64,000 bases of DNA from Snowella sp. (GTDB lineage: Bacteria; Cyanobacteriota; Cyanobacteriia; Cyanobacteriales; Microcystaceae), in NCBI GenBank assembly GCA_035285545.1, contig JAYKGY010000094.1, positions 1 through 64,000 on the forward strand. The letters are read 5' to 3'. Positions 40,601 to 49,602 of the stretch are shown piece after piece (within the stretch, counting starts at the first letter, position 1; the number at the start of each line of letters is the position of its first letter). Under the pieces are notes generated by a model, which saw only the letters and a list, made by a program, of their open reading frames with translations, made no database searches and was not told the origin of the DNA. Both the position numbers and the translations under genes were made by a program.

Positions 40601-40637
40601 CTATCCCGATGCCTCTAAAACCGGCGTACAACTCTAG
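37605..40637 (+). CDS. Multidomain protein: EthD module + VOC/glyoxalase + SRPBCC-like + two SnoaL/NTF2 domains
   Basis: EthD module paralogous to the 35689 ORF; VQHFGITVNDLDKALEFY...ELI...HISF...GPNGEQLEF; VNATEEVIWQVLLDKMENP; two 'FYTEDA/FFTDDV...PC.D..F.GDK' repeats. Confidence 0.75.
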   Translation: MIETKAQTNYAERDQLGRVAFYVLLWKREGISLELFDNYWKDVHGPVCARLPGQYQYWQFHVAHNQGGFWPQIPGLAASCDPKDNFDGIAELTFTSEAERAIWFKAAGILMDDEHNLFSKAIGYTTSPGNSITYRDGIADGSPNGEVPGIKFHVPIQKAEGVSVDAFRQYLTQVFAPAILQSEALLKFRLHLFDDIDNSRPDAAGVVHAEAPDKQYHAACEIAFANHLEREKFFASTAYAAAIRDASRYIRQLQVFPERTAHTFVYNGQMTLAGQRSAKVADLITRIGAANQLKQEITSLMVNYQTPVNGQAPSSNGQAIAASNGTNGNGNGTIAAQLSTSTATKSSLGKYLQGVQHFGITVNDLDKALEFYIEVLGGRLAIGGDGFIGDELHNLLFQKEDLEAAQQHINPRNIGIPSIRDGSQDALDVRFISFGNTCVELIHFRQAKLSSHAPNVFDPIPSGIGHVNAPHISFFVKDDVDLNEFAQMLEAECHRRGMTNVVANRTINVKSKEDLAIAPHIYAKTEFPGDFDGWALFYCKGPNGEQLEFNQVRRNAKENFTRAQREYNVDNDNHYWGLNGQALPAKHPGMSASHTVPVNATEEVIWQVLLDKMENPGKYMPYPVESQVVLERYVNGMLRQIKTPEMLVTERVTVDEPNHRIIYDIVNYPMFRPTFINQVSTPPSNGTSSLPLLTNSYHLQPLTYQALEQPEAQHFIQAAQPDLIEKATLHLKHQIEQKYPSSKQPQENPMTQTLVSAGPKSEIVRQMFLAGESMNVENFVKFYTEDAHYQFSNFPVAYGPQGIKDSSVGFLQTVAKVYHHITKMWEQGDTVICEMEVTYIRHDGKVFRLPCCDTIVFKGDKVQELRIFMDISPVFETPFVEPEKTAPQYNISQQLTKMYDALHAENWAEFKTFFTDDVLYKIGANDPVIGPDAIAGLLQHIYKTLKLTTHNQRGFWEIGNTIILEMDANYVNKQNKTFVQVPCTDIYRFTGDKISEWRVYPDASKTGVQL

Positions 40638-40883
40638 TATTACGCGGTTGTTTATCCACTGTTAAGTCATGACCAGGGGATTTTCCATCCCCTCCCAGGG
40701 CTTTTCAGTGGTCATTTCTGTTTTTAATTGCCCAACCTAGATTAAGCAACCGCCCTAACCTTCTCCTCACACTTTATTTCTTGAATTTAAAACGCCATAA
40801 ACCCGCGTCGAATACATTCATTGCCTCGAATCAAATCAATCATTTCAAGGCTTTTTTTAAATCGATATGGAGAATCTTAAACA

Positions 40884-43019
40884 ATGAGTGGAACCCATGA
40901 TCTGTCCCCGCAAGTCCTGCAAGAATACCAAACCCAGCGGGAGGTTTTTAATAGTCTTGCATCTATTGGAAGTGCAAAGTATGTTCATATCACGAGAAAT
41001 CCGAATGATGTCATTTCTGTAGATTTTACTCGTAACCCCTTTATCTCCGCAGAAGCTCAAAAACCCGATCCCATTCTCAATCCGGCTAGTATACAACCTT
41101 TTAATAAACCAACCTTATACGCTGCGGGCTTTGACCGCGATGGCCAGATACTGTTTAATCAGAGAACCGTTTCGACTTTCCAGCCATCCCAAGGGTTATA
41201 TCAAGATATTGTGACCCTAGAGCAAACTAATAACAAATTTGATGTTTTTGAATTTTTAATCCCGCCAGAAGCAACGACCGTTTTCCATAGTCACACCAAT
41301 GGGGTTGAAATCTTCTATGTATTGGGGGGCGAAACGGCTAATGACGATAATCCCGGTATTCCTAACAACGATGATGTCGTCTTTGAACTGAACGCAGATG
41401 TTGATGGCGTTTTCAATGTCGCTAACCCTAATGACCCATTTTCTATTGTTAAAGATGGTGAAATCGAAATTAACGGCGCAAAAGTGACTAAAGGCTCCTT
41501 TGTTGCGGTTCCTGCGGGTAAGATTCACACCTGGGCGAATACAGGAAAAATTCCGGCTCGTGTCATTGCCTTAATCGTACCTGGGGGGATTGCGGAAGGA
41601 TTTAACACGGTGGGAGCCTCAGCAGGGATTTACGATCCCTCTCCTAAAGTTCATCCCATCTTGGCCAACAATGGAACGAGCAATTTAGTCCCTACCAATA
41701 GAACCCCAACAGAAGTCAATGGCTTAGTTCCGGGCGATCCCAACTTTTATGATTTCTTTCAACAGGTAGCAAATGCTCCTGGTGTTTTAGACCAATTATC
41801 CTTTACCCAATTTCCGACCACATTGCCGGGTGCTGGCCCCGTTGTGGTTTATGGAGTAAAAGCAGATGGTAGCGGTGCTTTTCAGCTTAATCCCTCGGAC
41901 GATGCAGGAACGGGGGGCGTAACGAATCCTCAGGGGGGATCCGCCTTAGTTCCCGATAATTCTCCGGGGGCGGAATCCTTTATTGATGCGCCGACCGATC
42001 CCTTTGCCACTTCGACCTTCTTGAATCCGTTTACGGTGTTACGATTTGGGCAAAATGATGGTTCATTGAATCCTTCTCCCATCGAAACGAAGTTATTTGC
42101 GATTTCCCATGAAGAAGGGGAATACAGCTTTGTTAGTGAAAATCACGAATTATTTGGGGTTTTAAGTGGTCAGGTCGTTTTTGAATTCGGAGAAAATGGG
42201 AACGATCAGGTTCATGTCCAGGTGGCTTCTGAGGGAGATTATATTTACATCAAGCCGGGTTACCATTTCCATATTTGGGCATCCGATCAACTGACCTCTA
42301 GTAGCGCGAAGTTAATTCAGTTTTCAGCTAAGGTTGTCAACATTACGGATTATGTAACGGTGTTCCAACAGATTGCTGAAGCTCAGAATTTAGGTAATCT
42401 CATTTATACGCTGGCAAGCACAGGGATGAATGTAACGGTTACGCCGGATGATGAACAACTCAGCCAAACTGATGCGTTATTCCATAATTTAGTCGGTCTC
42501 TATGAGGTCGTTGATACTACGACAGGTGCGATTCTCGATACCTTTGATGTCAACCAAAATGGTTTAGTAGACGATTTATTAAATCCAGGTGACTTTGGTT
42601 ATGCCCGTACCGCGATCGCTAATCGAGTCAGTAACTTTACCCTACAAGCAGGGGCCAATGGAGATCCCACCAAAAACACCAACTCATCGAATTTTGGGGA
42701 CGTTTTACTTGAAGGTCGTCGATTCTATGCGCCCTTTGTCATTGCTAACGGTGGGCAATTGATTCCTACTAATGGCTCGGTGGAAGACGGATTTAATGCC
42801 TTTTTAGCGCAAAATCCCGATAATGTCGGTGCAACTATCGATAATTACATAACCCATGCAGTTTCCTATTTCGCATTTGGGAGTGCGAATCCCGATGGAC
42901 TTGAGCATTTACAAAATCGAGGTAATAATACCTTTGGCTTTGAAGATCTGCCGGGTAACTTAGGGGTCAGTGATTTTGATTTCAATGACGCGGTATTTAA
43001 ATTCAATTTCTTAGCTTAA
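40884..43019 (+). CDS. Bicupin protein with C-terminal DUF4114-like tail
   Basis: HSHTNGVEIFYVLGG...VPAGKIHTW; second cupin HELFGVLSG...IKPGYHF; tail FGFEDLPG..SDFDFNDAVF. Confidence 0.72.
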   Translation: MSGTHDLSPQVLQEYQTQREVFNSLASIGSAKYVHITRNPNDVISVDFTRNPFISAEAQKPDPILNPASIQPFNKPTLYAAGFDRDGQILFNQRTVSTFQPSQGLYQDIVTLEQTNNKFDVFEFLIPPEATTVFHSHTNGVEIFYVLGGETANDDNPGIPNNDDVVFELNADVDGVFNVANPNDPFSIVKDGEIEINGAKVTKGSFVAVPAGKIHTWANTGKIPARVIALIVPGGIAEGFNTVGASAGIYDPSPKVHPILANNGTSNLVPTNRTPTEVNGLVPGDPNFYDFFQQVANAPGVLDQLSFTQFPTTLPGAGPVVVYGVKADGSGAFQLNPSDDAGTGGVTNPQGGSALVPDNSPGAESFIDAPTDPFATSTFLNPFTVLRFGQNDGSLNPSPIETKLFAISHEEGEYSFVSENHELFGVLSGQVVFEFGENGNDQVHVQVASEGDYIYIKPGYHFHIWASDQLTSSSAKLIQFSAKVVNITDYVTVFQQIAEAQNLGNLIYTLASTGMNVTVTPDDEQLSQTDALFHNLVGLYEVVDTTTGAILDTFDVNQNGLVDDLLNPGDFGYARTAIANRVSNFTLQAGANGDPTKNTNSSNFGDVLLEGRRFYAPFVIANGGQLIPTNGSVEDGFNAFLAQNPDNVGATIDNYITHAVSYFAFGSANPDGLEHLQNRGNNTFGFEDLPGNLGVSDFDFNDAVFKFNFLA

Positions 43020-43138
43020 TTGGCTTAAATAACCGATAAAAATCATCCACTACATCCTAAAATCAAGTGCATTTCTAAAAATGTGGATGGACTCATCTCT
43101 AATAAATTTCCATTAACTATTTTCTAAACTCTATTCTT

Positions 43139-43168
43139 GTAGTTCATTTTTTGTGAGCTACTTTTTTT
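43139..43168 (+). terminator. Probable intrinsic terminator
   Basis: GTAGTTCA/TGAGCTAC stem (one G-U pair) followed by T7. Confidence 0.5.
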
Positions 43169-43953
43169 ATGAAAAATGGCTGGTTTTTCTAATAAGCATT
43201 GTTGATTTATTCTCCCAAAATTTATCAATTTACAGCATCCCAAACTCAGTTTCTCAAGAATTGTAAATCTTTATTTCAACACTCCAACAAGTTCAGCTTT
43301 TTATTGATACCATAGGCTAGTTCTATGATATTTATCTCACTTTTCTTTAGGTCAATTTTAAATTGACTAATGAGCTATGAAAGCTTAATTGAATTGCTTT
43401 TTAGCTTTAGATTTCTGTGTAAAATCACTTTTCGTTCAAACAAAATTTTATTGTTTTTCTTTAAGCAGGTAAAAAGAAAGACTTTTATTTTTCATGTCCG
43501 GTAGAAATCTGTTAGTGAGATACATTGAAAACGACTCAAAAGAAATATTTGTCTTTATTGGGATGAAAGAGCATATTGATTAATCTGTAACAAGGTTTTA
43601 GCTTCTATAAGTTAACTCAATAAGATAAGATGCCTGCAAATTTACTAATCAATTTTTATAGCTGTAATAGGCTTCTTATTCGTGAAACTCCGAAATAAAT
43701 CTCAAATGTTCTTTTTTAGTAGAAAATACTTGACTTGTCTGAAATTTATTGACTTCAATCGTACTAATTGAACAAAAAGAGGAGGTTGCAAAGTGAAAAG
43801 TTTAGTCAGCTTATTATGGAAAACCAATAGGATTTAAATCAAAATAAATTTTTGTCTGTAAAAATGCCGCATTTCTTTAATCAGTTTTTCAATTTACTAT
43901 TAATCTTTCCACTCCCCAATCCGACATTAAGCTAATTTAGAGAGGGTATTCGT

Positions 43954-46900
43954 ATGACCAATTCCCAGTCTGGCAATACAATTACATTTAAACCAACGAC
44001 CTATAATTTAGTGAATGGGTTGAATCAAGACCTAGTTTATCATCAAAAAGTATTTTTTAATGGTTTTCCGGTTGAATTAAATGGAATTATTACCGTTTAT
44101 GATATTCCCAACGATGGAATTGAAAATGCTGGCCCCCAACAATATCTCAATATTATTATTAATCCCTATCTAATCAATCCTGACCCCAATATCCCGCCTG
44201 TACAAAACACACCGGATGCCCCCTACGGACTAACGGATCTCGTTGGTTCTGTTTACTTGTACGACGTATTTGAAGATGATGGCAATGGGAATTTAGTCTA
44301 TGATTCTTCGCAGGGCAATACGGATCCGAATGCGTTTCCTTTTCTTCAACAAAATTATCCAGAATTAGCACTTGAGCATCCAGGCTATGTTGCGTTACAA
44401 GGAAGTGGCCCAAATAAATTATTGGGTCAAGAAGAAGCGAACATAACCCAAACAACTGATTCCAACGGCGTAATATACATAACCAATATCGGAACTATTA
44501 ATATTACTGGTGGTGAAGGGATATTTCAGGGTGCAACAGGGTCTCTTAGCTATGTGGAAAACGGGATTAGCGGTCTTCCTTACACGGGTACGATTACAAT
44601 CGAAGGTGATATTACGCTGAGTGAGATTGGTAATCTCAAAAATGCCTATATTATTGGACAAGAAAACTTTAATTCTTGGAGCGTTGGGTTCGATGCAGAC
44701 GGATATTTAAAAGTTCTACCCCATCCCGATCAAAAAGTAGCCTATCAAGATCCTTTTGCCCAATGGCAACAAGACAATAAAGATTACAAAAACGGAATTT
44801 TTAAATACCAAGCAGATGATGGGAGTTATTACTCTAGTTGGGGCCCCAAAAAAGAGCTAGAAGTGACGCTCACAATGGACGAACTAGAGCAGATAGCAAT
44901 TGATGGTTTTGGCATTCTTCAACAGGGAGATCACCTAATTAATTGGTTAGAGGAAGTTAAAGCTACACCCTACGATTTTTTAAGAGCTTATAACAATAGT
45001 ATTACGGGCCCTATGCTGATTGCTGAGCCTGGCGATACATTAAAAATTACGCTTGTTAATAATTTAGAAGATGTTAGTAATCTTCATACTCACGGATTGC
45101 ATGTTTCGCCGGTCGGCAATGGGGATAACGTTCTGATTCCGCTTCAGCCTGGTGGAAGTTGGGAGATAGAAATTGCAATTCCGGATGATCATTTTATTGG
45201 CCCGGATTGGTATCATCCTCATTTACATGGTGAAACTAACGAACAAGTCGCATCAGGTTTAGGGGGATTTTTACTGATTAATCCTTCCTATGATTTACCT
45301 GATCTGGACAAGTTTGATCCTGTGAAGAATCCTGCCTTTTTTATGGCGATCAATAGTTTTGGGATTCAGCAGGAGTATCGCTCAGGCAGTCCAGATGATC
45401 CATTAAATCAATCGACCACGGGAGTTGTTGTTCCAGCAGGAACCCCACTGAGCTTTACTAGCAGCACGACATCCCAGGAAAAAATTTATCAGCTTTCCGA
45501 AGCTCCATTTGTTGGGTATAACGCTAAACCACAACTTTATAATCCTCAAGCTCCTCAAGGAAATCCCTCAAGCTCTAATTTTTCGTCTGCCTATGGAGAA
45601 GGTGCATTAGCTGAACCCGTAGAAAATGTTATTCATACCGTTAATGGTCAATATAATCCCACCATTGAGACCACAACGGGAGCATGGAATTTGTTTTCCT
45701 TTGCCAATATGACCGTTAATTCATTCCATGTTATTCAGCTTATCAAAGTCGAAGCAGATGGAACGCTAACGCCTCAAGAGATGGTCTTAACGGCCATTGA
45801 TGGAGATGCGGCGGGAGTGGTAGAAGGGGTAAGACGAGATGTTACGGTCAGTCCTGTTCTTAATCCTGGTTCTCGTGTAACGTTACAAAATTGGTTTGAA
45901 GAGCCAGGAACTTATTATTTTATTTCAAACGCAACGGACGAAATTTTGGGGGATGATGCACCGGACATTACAAAGGATAAGGGTTTTAAGGATGGCCATT
46001 TAATTTGGGGATCCCAGGTTTTAGCAACCGTAGAAGTCACGGGAGATCCTGTTAATACAGGGGCCTTTCCTGAACCCTATGATGTCTTAGTTGAACAAAG
46101 TGATGAAATTAATGCGATGGTCGATGCGGCCTTAGCAGGAGATGTCACACGGGAAAGAACGTTTACTTGGTCTGCTAATATCGGCGGGGCGATCGCGGCG
46201 GGTAGGACTCCAGATGATACTGAAGTAGAAACGTTTGAGGGAACTTACACAATTAACGGCAAATATTGGGCGACGGAAGGAGGAGGAATGCCGCCTTTAA
46301 CGATGCCGATGTTGGGGACTCGTGAAATCTGGAATTTACGAAATACTTCGGGAATCAGTGATCCGACCTTAGCCTCCGATCTACCTCTATTAGAATGGCA
46401 TCCGTTCCATATTCACCAAAATGATTTTGTGGTTCTGGAGATTAATGGTATTCCAGTTGAACAAATTGAAGATAACTATCTTGCCAGGGTTTTAAGTGAT
46501 ACGATCGCGCTTCCGCCGTCCTATGCCCCTGGTTCTGTCACTCCCCAAAATCCCTATGGAACGCCTCAGATGAATGGAACGCCTTCGGAAGTCAAAATTT
46601 TAATGGACTTTAAGGATTATCCAGGCACCTATGTTAATCATTGCCATATTCTGTTCCATGAAGATGCGGGGATGATGGCTGCGGTTCGGGTCATTCTCAA
46701 TACGAATTCAACCTGGTTGGGTCTGGGTCAAGACAATTCCGGTTCAGTTCGGTTATCGCTAGCGAGTGATCTGGATCAAACAGTTAAACTGAATCCCTAC
46801 GGAGATAGCTTTAGTGGTGGTGTTCAAGTCGCGATCGCCGATATTAACTTCAAAACGAATCCCCCAGACAATAACAATGTCAGTGATAACGTTACCGATA

Positions 46901-48456
46901 TTGCCACTGTTCAGAAATTCCTGAATAGTACCAGTGAGCGGTTTACGGTCAAAATTTTTGATGGCAAAGATCCCAACTCGCTCCTATCGGAAATTAATCC
47001 TTTCCAAGACTTCCAAGCTGCCCTCCAACAGGGTGCCGCGATCGCTTCAGGGGACATTGATGGAGATGGCTTTGCCGATATTATTGTCGGGATAGGAGGG
47101 GGCATTGCTCCGCGCATTGAACTCTATAGCGGTCAGACGTATCAACTCATGGCCAAATTCAATCCCTTCCATCATGAAGGATTTACGGGCCTGATTAACC
47201 TCGCGGCAGGAGATGTGAACAGCGATAATTTTGATGATATTTTAGTGGCCCAAGGTGACGGCGGACGCGGACTTGTCGAAATCTACAGCGGCATCGAGTT
47301 TTATAATTTAATTAAATCAGGTGAAATTAAAAACTTAAGCCCGAATGGAGTCGCCCACGAAACCTCACTCCTTACCCAAGAATTCAGACCCTACGGCGAT
47401 AGCTATACCGGAGAAGTCAAAATCACCTCTGGCTATATCTTGTCCCGTCCCGAATTTCCCAATGGCCAACCGATTCAAACCAGCAATGCGAATATTACAA
47501 CCCTAGCAACTGGCGATATTCCGGCTGGCAAAGAAAGTATTCAGGTTTGGACGTATATGGGGGGGGGTCATAGCCACGATCATGGCACTGAAACGACATC
47601 AACAACGACAGCAGAAGTGAAATTTAATATCGGATTTACGCCAGCCCAAAAAGTGGTGGATATTTCCGGTACTTTTGCAGATATTCCTAATGGTTTACGA
47701 GGGGAACCGGTCTTGCTCGCCCAAATGGAAGATGGTAGTCAAGAGTTAATCCATTTAACACCGGATAAAGGAGAATTGGAAACGATCGCCGTTCCTCGTA
47801 ATAATAGCCCAACGACCACCTTTAACCCTGCCCCAGGAAGTAATGATCTAGGGAGTCTCATCTATGATTTACAGGGGGTTTCGGGCAACGCTACGGCAAA
47901 AACAGATGATGCGGCCTTACAACAAACCGATGCTTTCTTTTCCAATCTTGTGGGTCTTTATGAGGTTTTAGATGCTACGGGGTCTATCGCCGATACCTTA
48001 GACTTCAATCCCAATAGCAATGTTTTACGGCCAGGAGAAGCCGGTTACGCCCAAACAGCGATCGCCAATCGAATCAATAATTTTATCCTGCAAGAAGGAG
48101 GCAAGGGTCAAAACACAACCGCCTCAGACTTTGGGGATGTCTTTATTCAAGGGGGTCGTCTTTATTCGCCCTTTGTGATTGCGAATGGGGGAAATCTCAT
48201 CCCGAATGGCGGCACCATTAACGATGGAATGAATGCTTTTCTCCAAAAAAATCCGAATAACACCGCGGCAACCCTGGAAAACTATACGAACGTTGAAGTT
48301 GCTTACTTCACCTTTGGATCAGCGAATCCTGACGGGACTGAACATCTCAAAAACTGGGGAGATAATACCTTTGGCTTTGAAGATCTGCCAGGCAACTTAG
48401 GAATCAGCGATTTTGATTTCAATGATGCGGTATTTAAATTTAGTTTCTCTGCTTAA
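43954..48456 (+). CDS. Large multicopper oxidase (laccase-type) with FG-GAP-like repeats and DUF4114-like tail
   Basis: All four Cu motifs present: HTHGLH, WYHPHLH, HPFHIH, HCHILFHEDAGMM; repeats GDIDGDGFADIIVG and GDVNSDNFDDILV. Confidence 0.88.
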   Translation: MTNSQSGNTITFKPTTYNLVNGLNQDLVYHQKVFFNGFPVELNGIITVYDIPNDGIENAGPQQYLNIIINPYLINPDPNIPPVQNTPDAPYGLTDLVGSVYLYDVFEDDGNGNLVYDSSQGNTDPNAFPFLQQNYPELALEHPGYVALQGSGPNKLLGQEEANITQTTDSNGVIYITNIGTINITGGEGIFQGATGSLSYVENGISGLPYTGTITIEGDITLSEIGNLKNAYIIGQENFNSWSVGFDADGYLKVLPHPDQKVAYQDPFAQWQQDNKDYKNGIFKYQADDGSYYSSWGPKKELEVTLTMDELEQIAIDGFGILQQGDHLINWLEEVKATPYDFLRAYNNSITGPMLIAEPGDTLKITLVNNLEDVSNLHTHGLHVSPVGNGDNVLIPLQPGGSWEIEIAIPDDHFIGPDWYHPHLHGETNEQVASGLGGFLLINPSYDLPDLDKFDPVKNPAFFMAINSFGIQQEYRSGSPDDPLNQSTTGVVVPAGTPLSFTSSTTSQEKIYQLSEAPFVGYNAKPQLYNPQAPQGNPSSSNFSSAYGEGALAEPVENVIHTVNGQYNPTIETTTGAWNLFSFANMTVNSFHVIQLIKVEADGTLTPQEMVLTAIDGDAAGVVEGVRRDVTVSPVLNPGSRVTLQNWFEEPGTYYFISNATDEILGDDAPDITKDKGFKDGHLIWGSQVLATVEVTGDPVNTGAFPEPYDVLVEQSDEINAMVDAALAGDVTRERTFTWSANIGGAIAAGRTPDDTEVETFEGTYTINGKYWATEGGGMPPLTMPMLGTREIWNLRNTSGISDPTLASDLPLLEWHPFHIHQNDFVVLEINGIPVEQIEDNYLARVLSDTIALPPSYAPGSVTPQNPYGTPQMNGTPSEVKILMDFKDYPGTYVNHCHILFHEDAGMMAAVRVILNTNSTWLGLGQDNSGSVRLSLASDLDQTVKLNPYGDSFSGGVQVAIADINFKTNPPDNNNVSDNVTDIATVQKFLNSTSERFTVKIFDGKDPNSLLSEINPFQDFQAALQQGAAIASGDIDGDGFADIIVGIGGGIAPRIELYSGQTYQLMAKFNPFHHEGFTGLINLAAGDVNSDNFDDILVAQGDGGRGLVEIYSGIEFYNLIKSGEIKNLSPNGVAHETSLLTQEFRPYGDSYTGEVKITSGYILSRPEFPNGQPIQTSNANITTLATGDIPAGKESIQVWTYMGGGHSHDHGTETTSTTTAEVKFNIGFTPAQKVVDISGTFADIPNGLRGEPVLLAQMEDGSQELIHLTPDKGELETIAVPRNNSPTTTFNPAPGSNDLGSLIYDLQGVSGNATAKTDDAALQQTDAFFSNLVGLYEVLDATGSIADTLDFNPNSNVLRPGEAGYAQTAIANRINNFILQEGGKGQNTTASDFGDVFIQGGRLYSPFVIANGGNLIPNGGTINDGMNAFLQKNPNNTAATLENYTNVEVAYFTFGSANPDGTEHLKNWGDNTFGFEDLPGNLGISDFDFNDAVFKFSFSA

Positions 48457-48625
48457 ATAAGTGCCACGCATTAAAATTGCCAGGATCAATCGCTTATTGC
48501 TTCGACAATTCAGAAAAATTGAATTTTTGAGTAAAGTAACCCCTTCCGTCAACTAATCGCCGCTTGCCAATAACCGACAAAGATCCTGCTAAGCTAAAAC
48601 AAGTTATTGTGATGAGGATAGACCC

Positions 48626-48817
48626 ATGATTTTACCTGGTGCAACAGTTCGCGTAACCAACCCTGATGATACTTACTATTGCTTTGAAGGATTAGTTCAA
48701 CGAGTGAGCGATGGCAAAGCCGCCGTCTTGTTTGAAAACGGAAATTGGGATAAATTAGTGACCTTTCAACTCAGCGAGTTAAGCTTGCTTGACCCGACTC
48801 AAAAAATGAAAAAGTAA
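48626..48817 (+). CDS. ndhS: NDH-1 subunit S
   Basis: [10 protein letters not shown]...[31 protein letters not shown]. Confidence 0.92.
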   Translation: MILPGATVRVTNPDDTYYCFEGLVQRVSDGKAAVLFENGNWDKLVTFQLSELSLLDPTQKMKK

Positions 48818-48860
48818 TTTAGAAAAGCTTATTTAAACGGAAATAGATTTTCCTGAAACC

Positions 48861-49529
48861 ATGCGTCTTCCCTTACCGCAATTTGCCATCGACGATCGCC
48901 ACCCTCACCATATTGCTGAAGTCATTGAAACGGCTACCACTCAGTTTTTGGCGCAATGTTTGGAACCGGAAGATCTGAGTTTTCCCGTTATGCCCCCTTT
49001 TGGCAGTTGGATCAAGGCGATCGATGAGGAAACGGGCAATAAAATCTTTGCGGTCGTTACCTATGTCACCACGTCTCCCATTGATTCGATCCATCGTGCT
49101 AGGGCACTAGGGTTATCTTTAGCTGAACTCAGGGAACAGCAACCCCAAATTTTTGCCATGTTAAAAACGGAGTTTCGGGCAGCTATTGTTGGGTTTGAAA
49201 TGCCACCTGGAGGACACAACGGGAAAACCGCTCAAACGGGACAGGTCTATCATTATTTACCCCCTCGTCCTCCCCAAATTCATCAGGCCGTATTCCGCTG
49301 CGATCGCGATGAGATTGTTAATTTCACAGAATCTCCTGATTTTTTACGAATTTTATTACAAGTAACCGATGCTCCGGCGGATGCGCTGATTGCTGCCACA
49401 GTTCGAGAAATTTATCGCTTACGCAAAGCCGATCGCCCTTGGTTAGTAAATATGGGTCGCAATCTGAGTTTGTTATTAAAAGACGACTACGACCGTTTAC
49501 GCTATATTTTGAGCCAAATTAACTTTTAA
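48861..49529 (+). CDS. HAS-barrel domain protein (conserved cyanobacterial)
   Basis: AEVIET.TTQFLAQC, PPFGSW, HRARALG, PPQIHQAV. Confidence 0.7.
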   Translation: MRLPLPQFAIDDRHPHHIAEVIETATTQFLAQCLEPEDLSFPVMPPFGSWIKAIDEETGNKIFAVVTYVTTSPIDSIHRARALGLSLAELREQQPQIFAMLKTEFRAAIVGFEMPPGGHNGKTAQTGQVYHYLPPRPPQIHQAVFRCDRDEIVNFTESPDFLRILLQVTDAPADALIAATVREIYRLRKADRPWLVNMGRNLSLLLKDDYDRLRYILSQINF

Positions 49530-49602
49530 GCTTTTAAACCGTCTAAGTTCAACGCCACGCCTTAGAATCGGTCGATCCCCAGATGAATCCGTTAAAAAAG
49601 CC

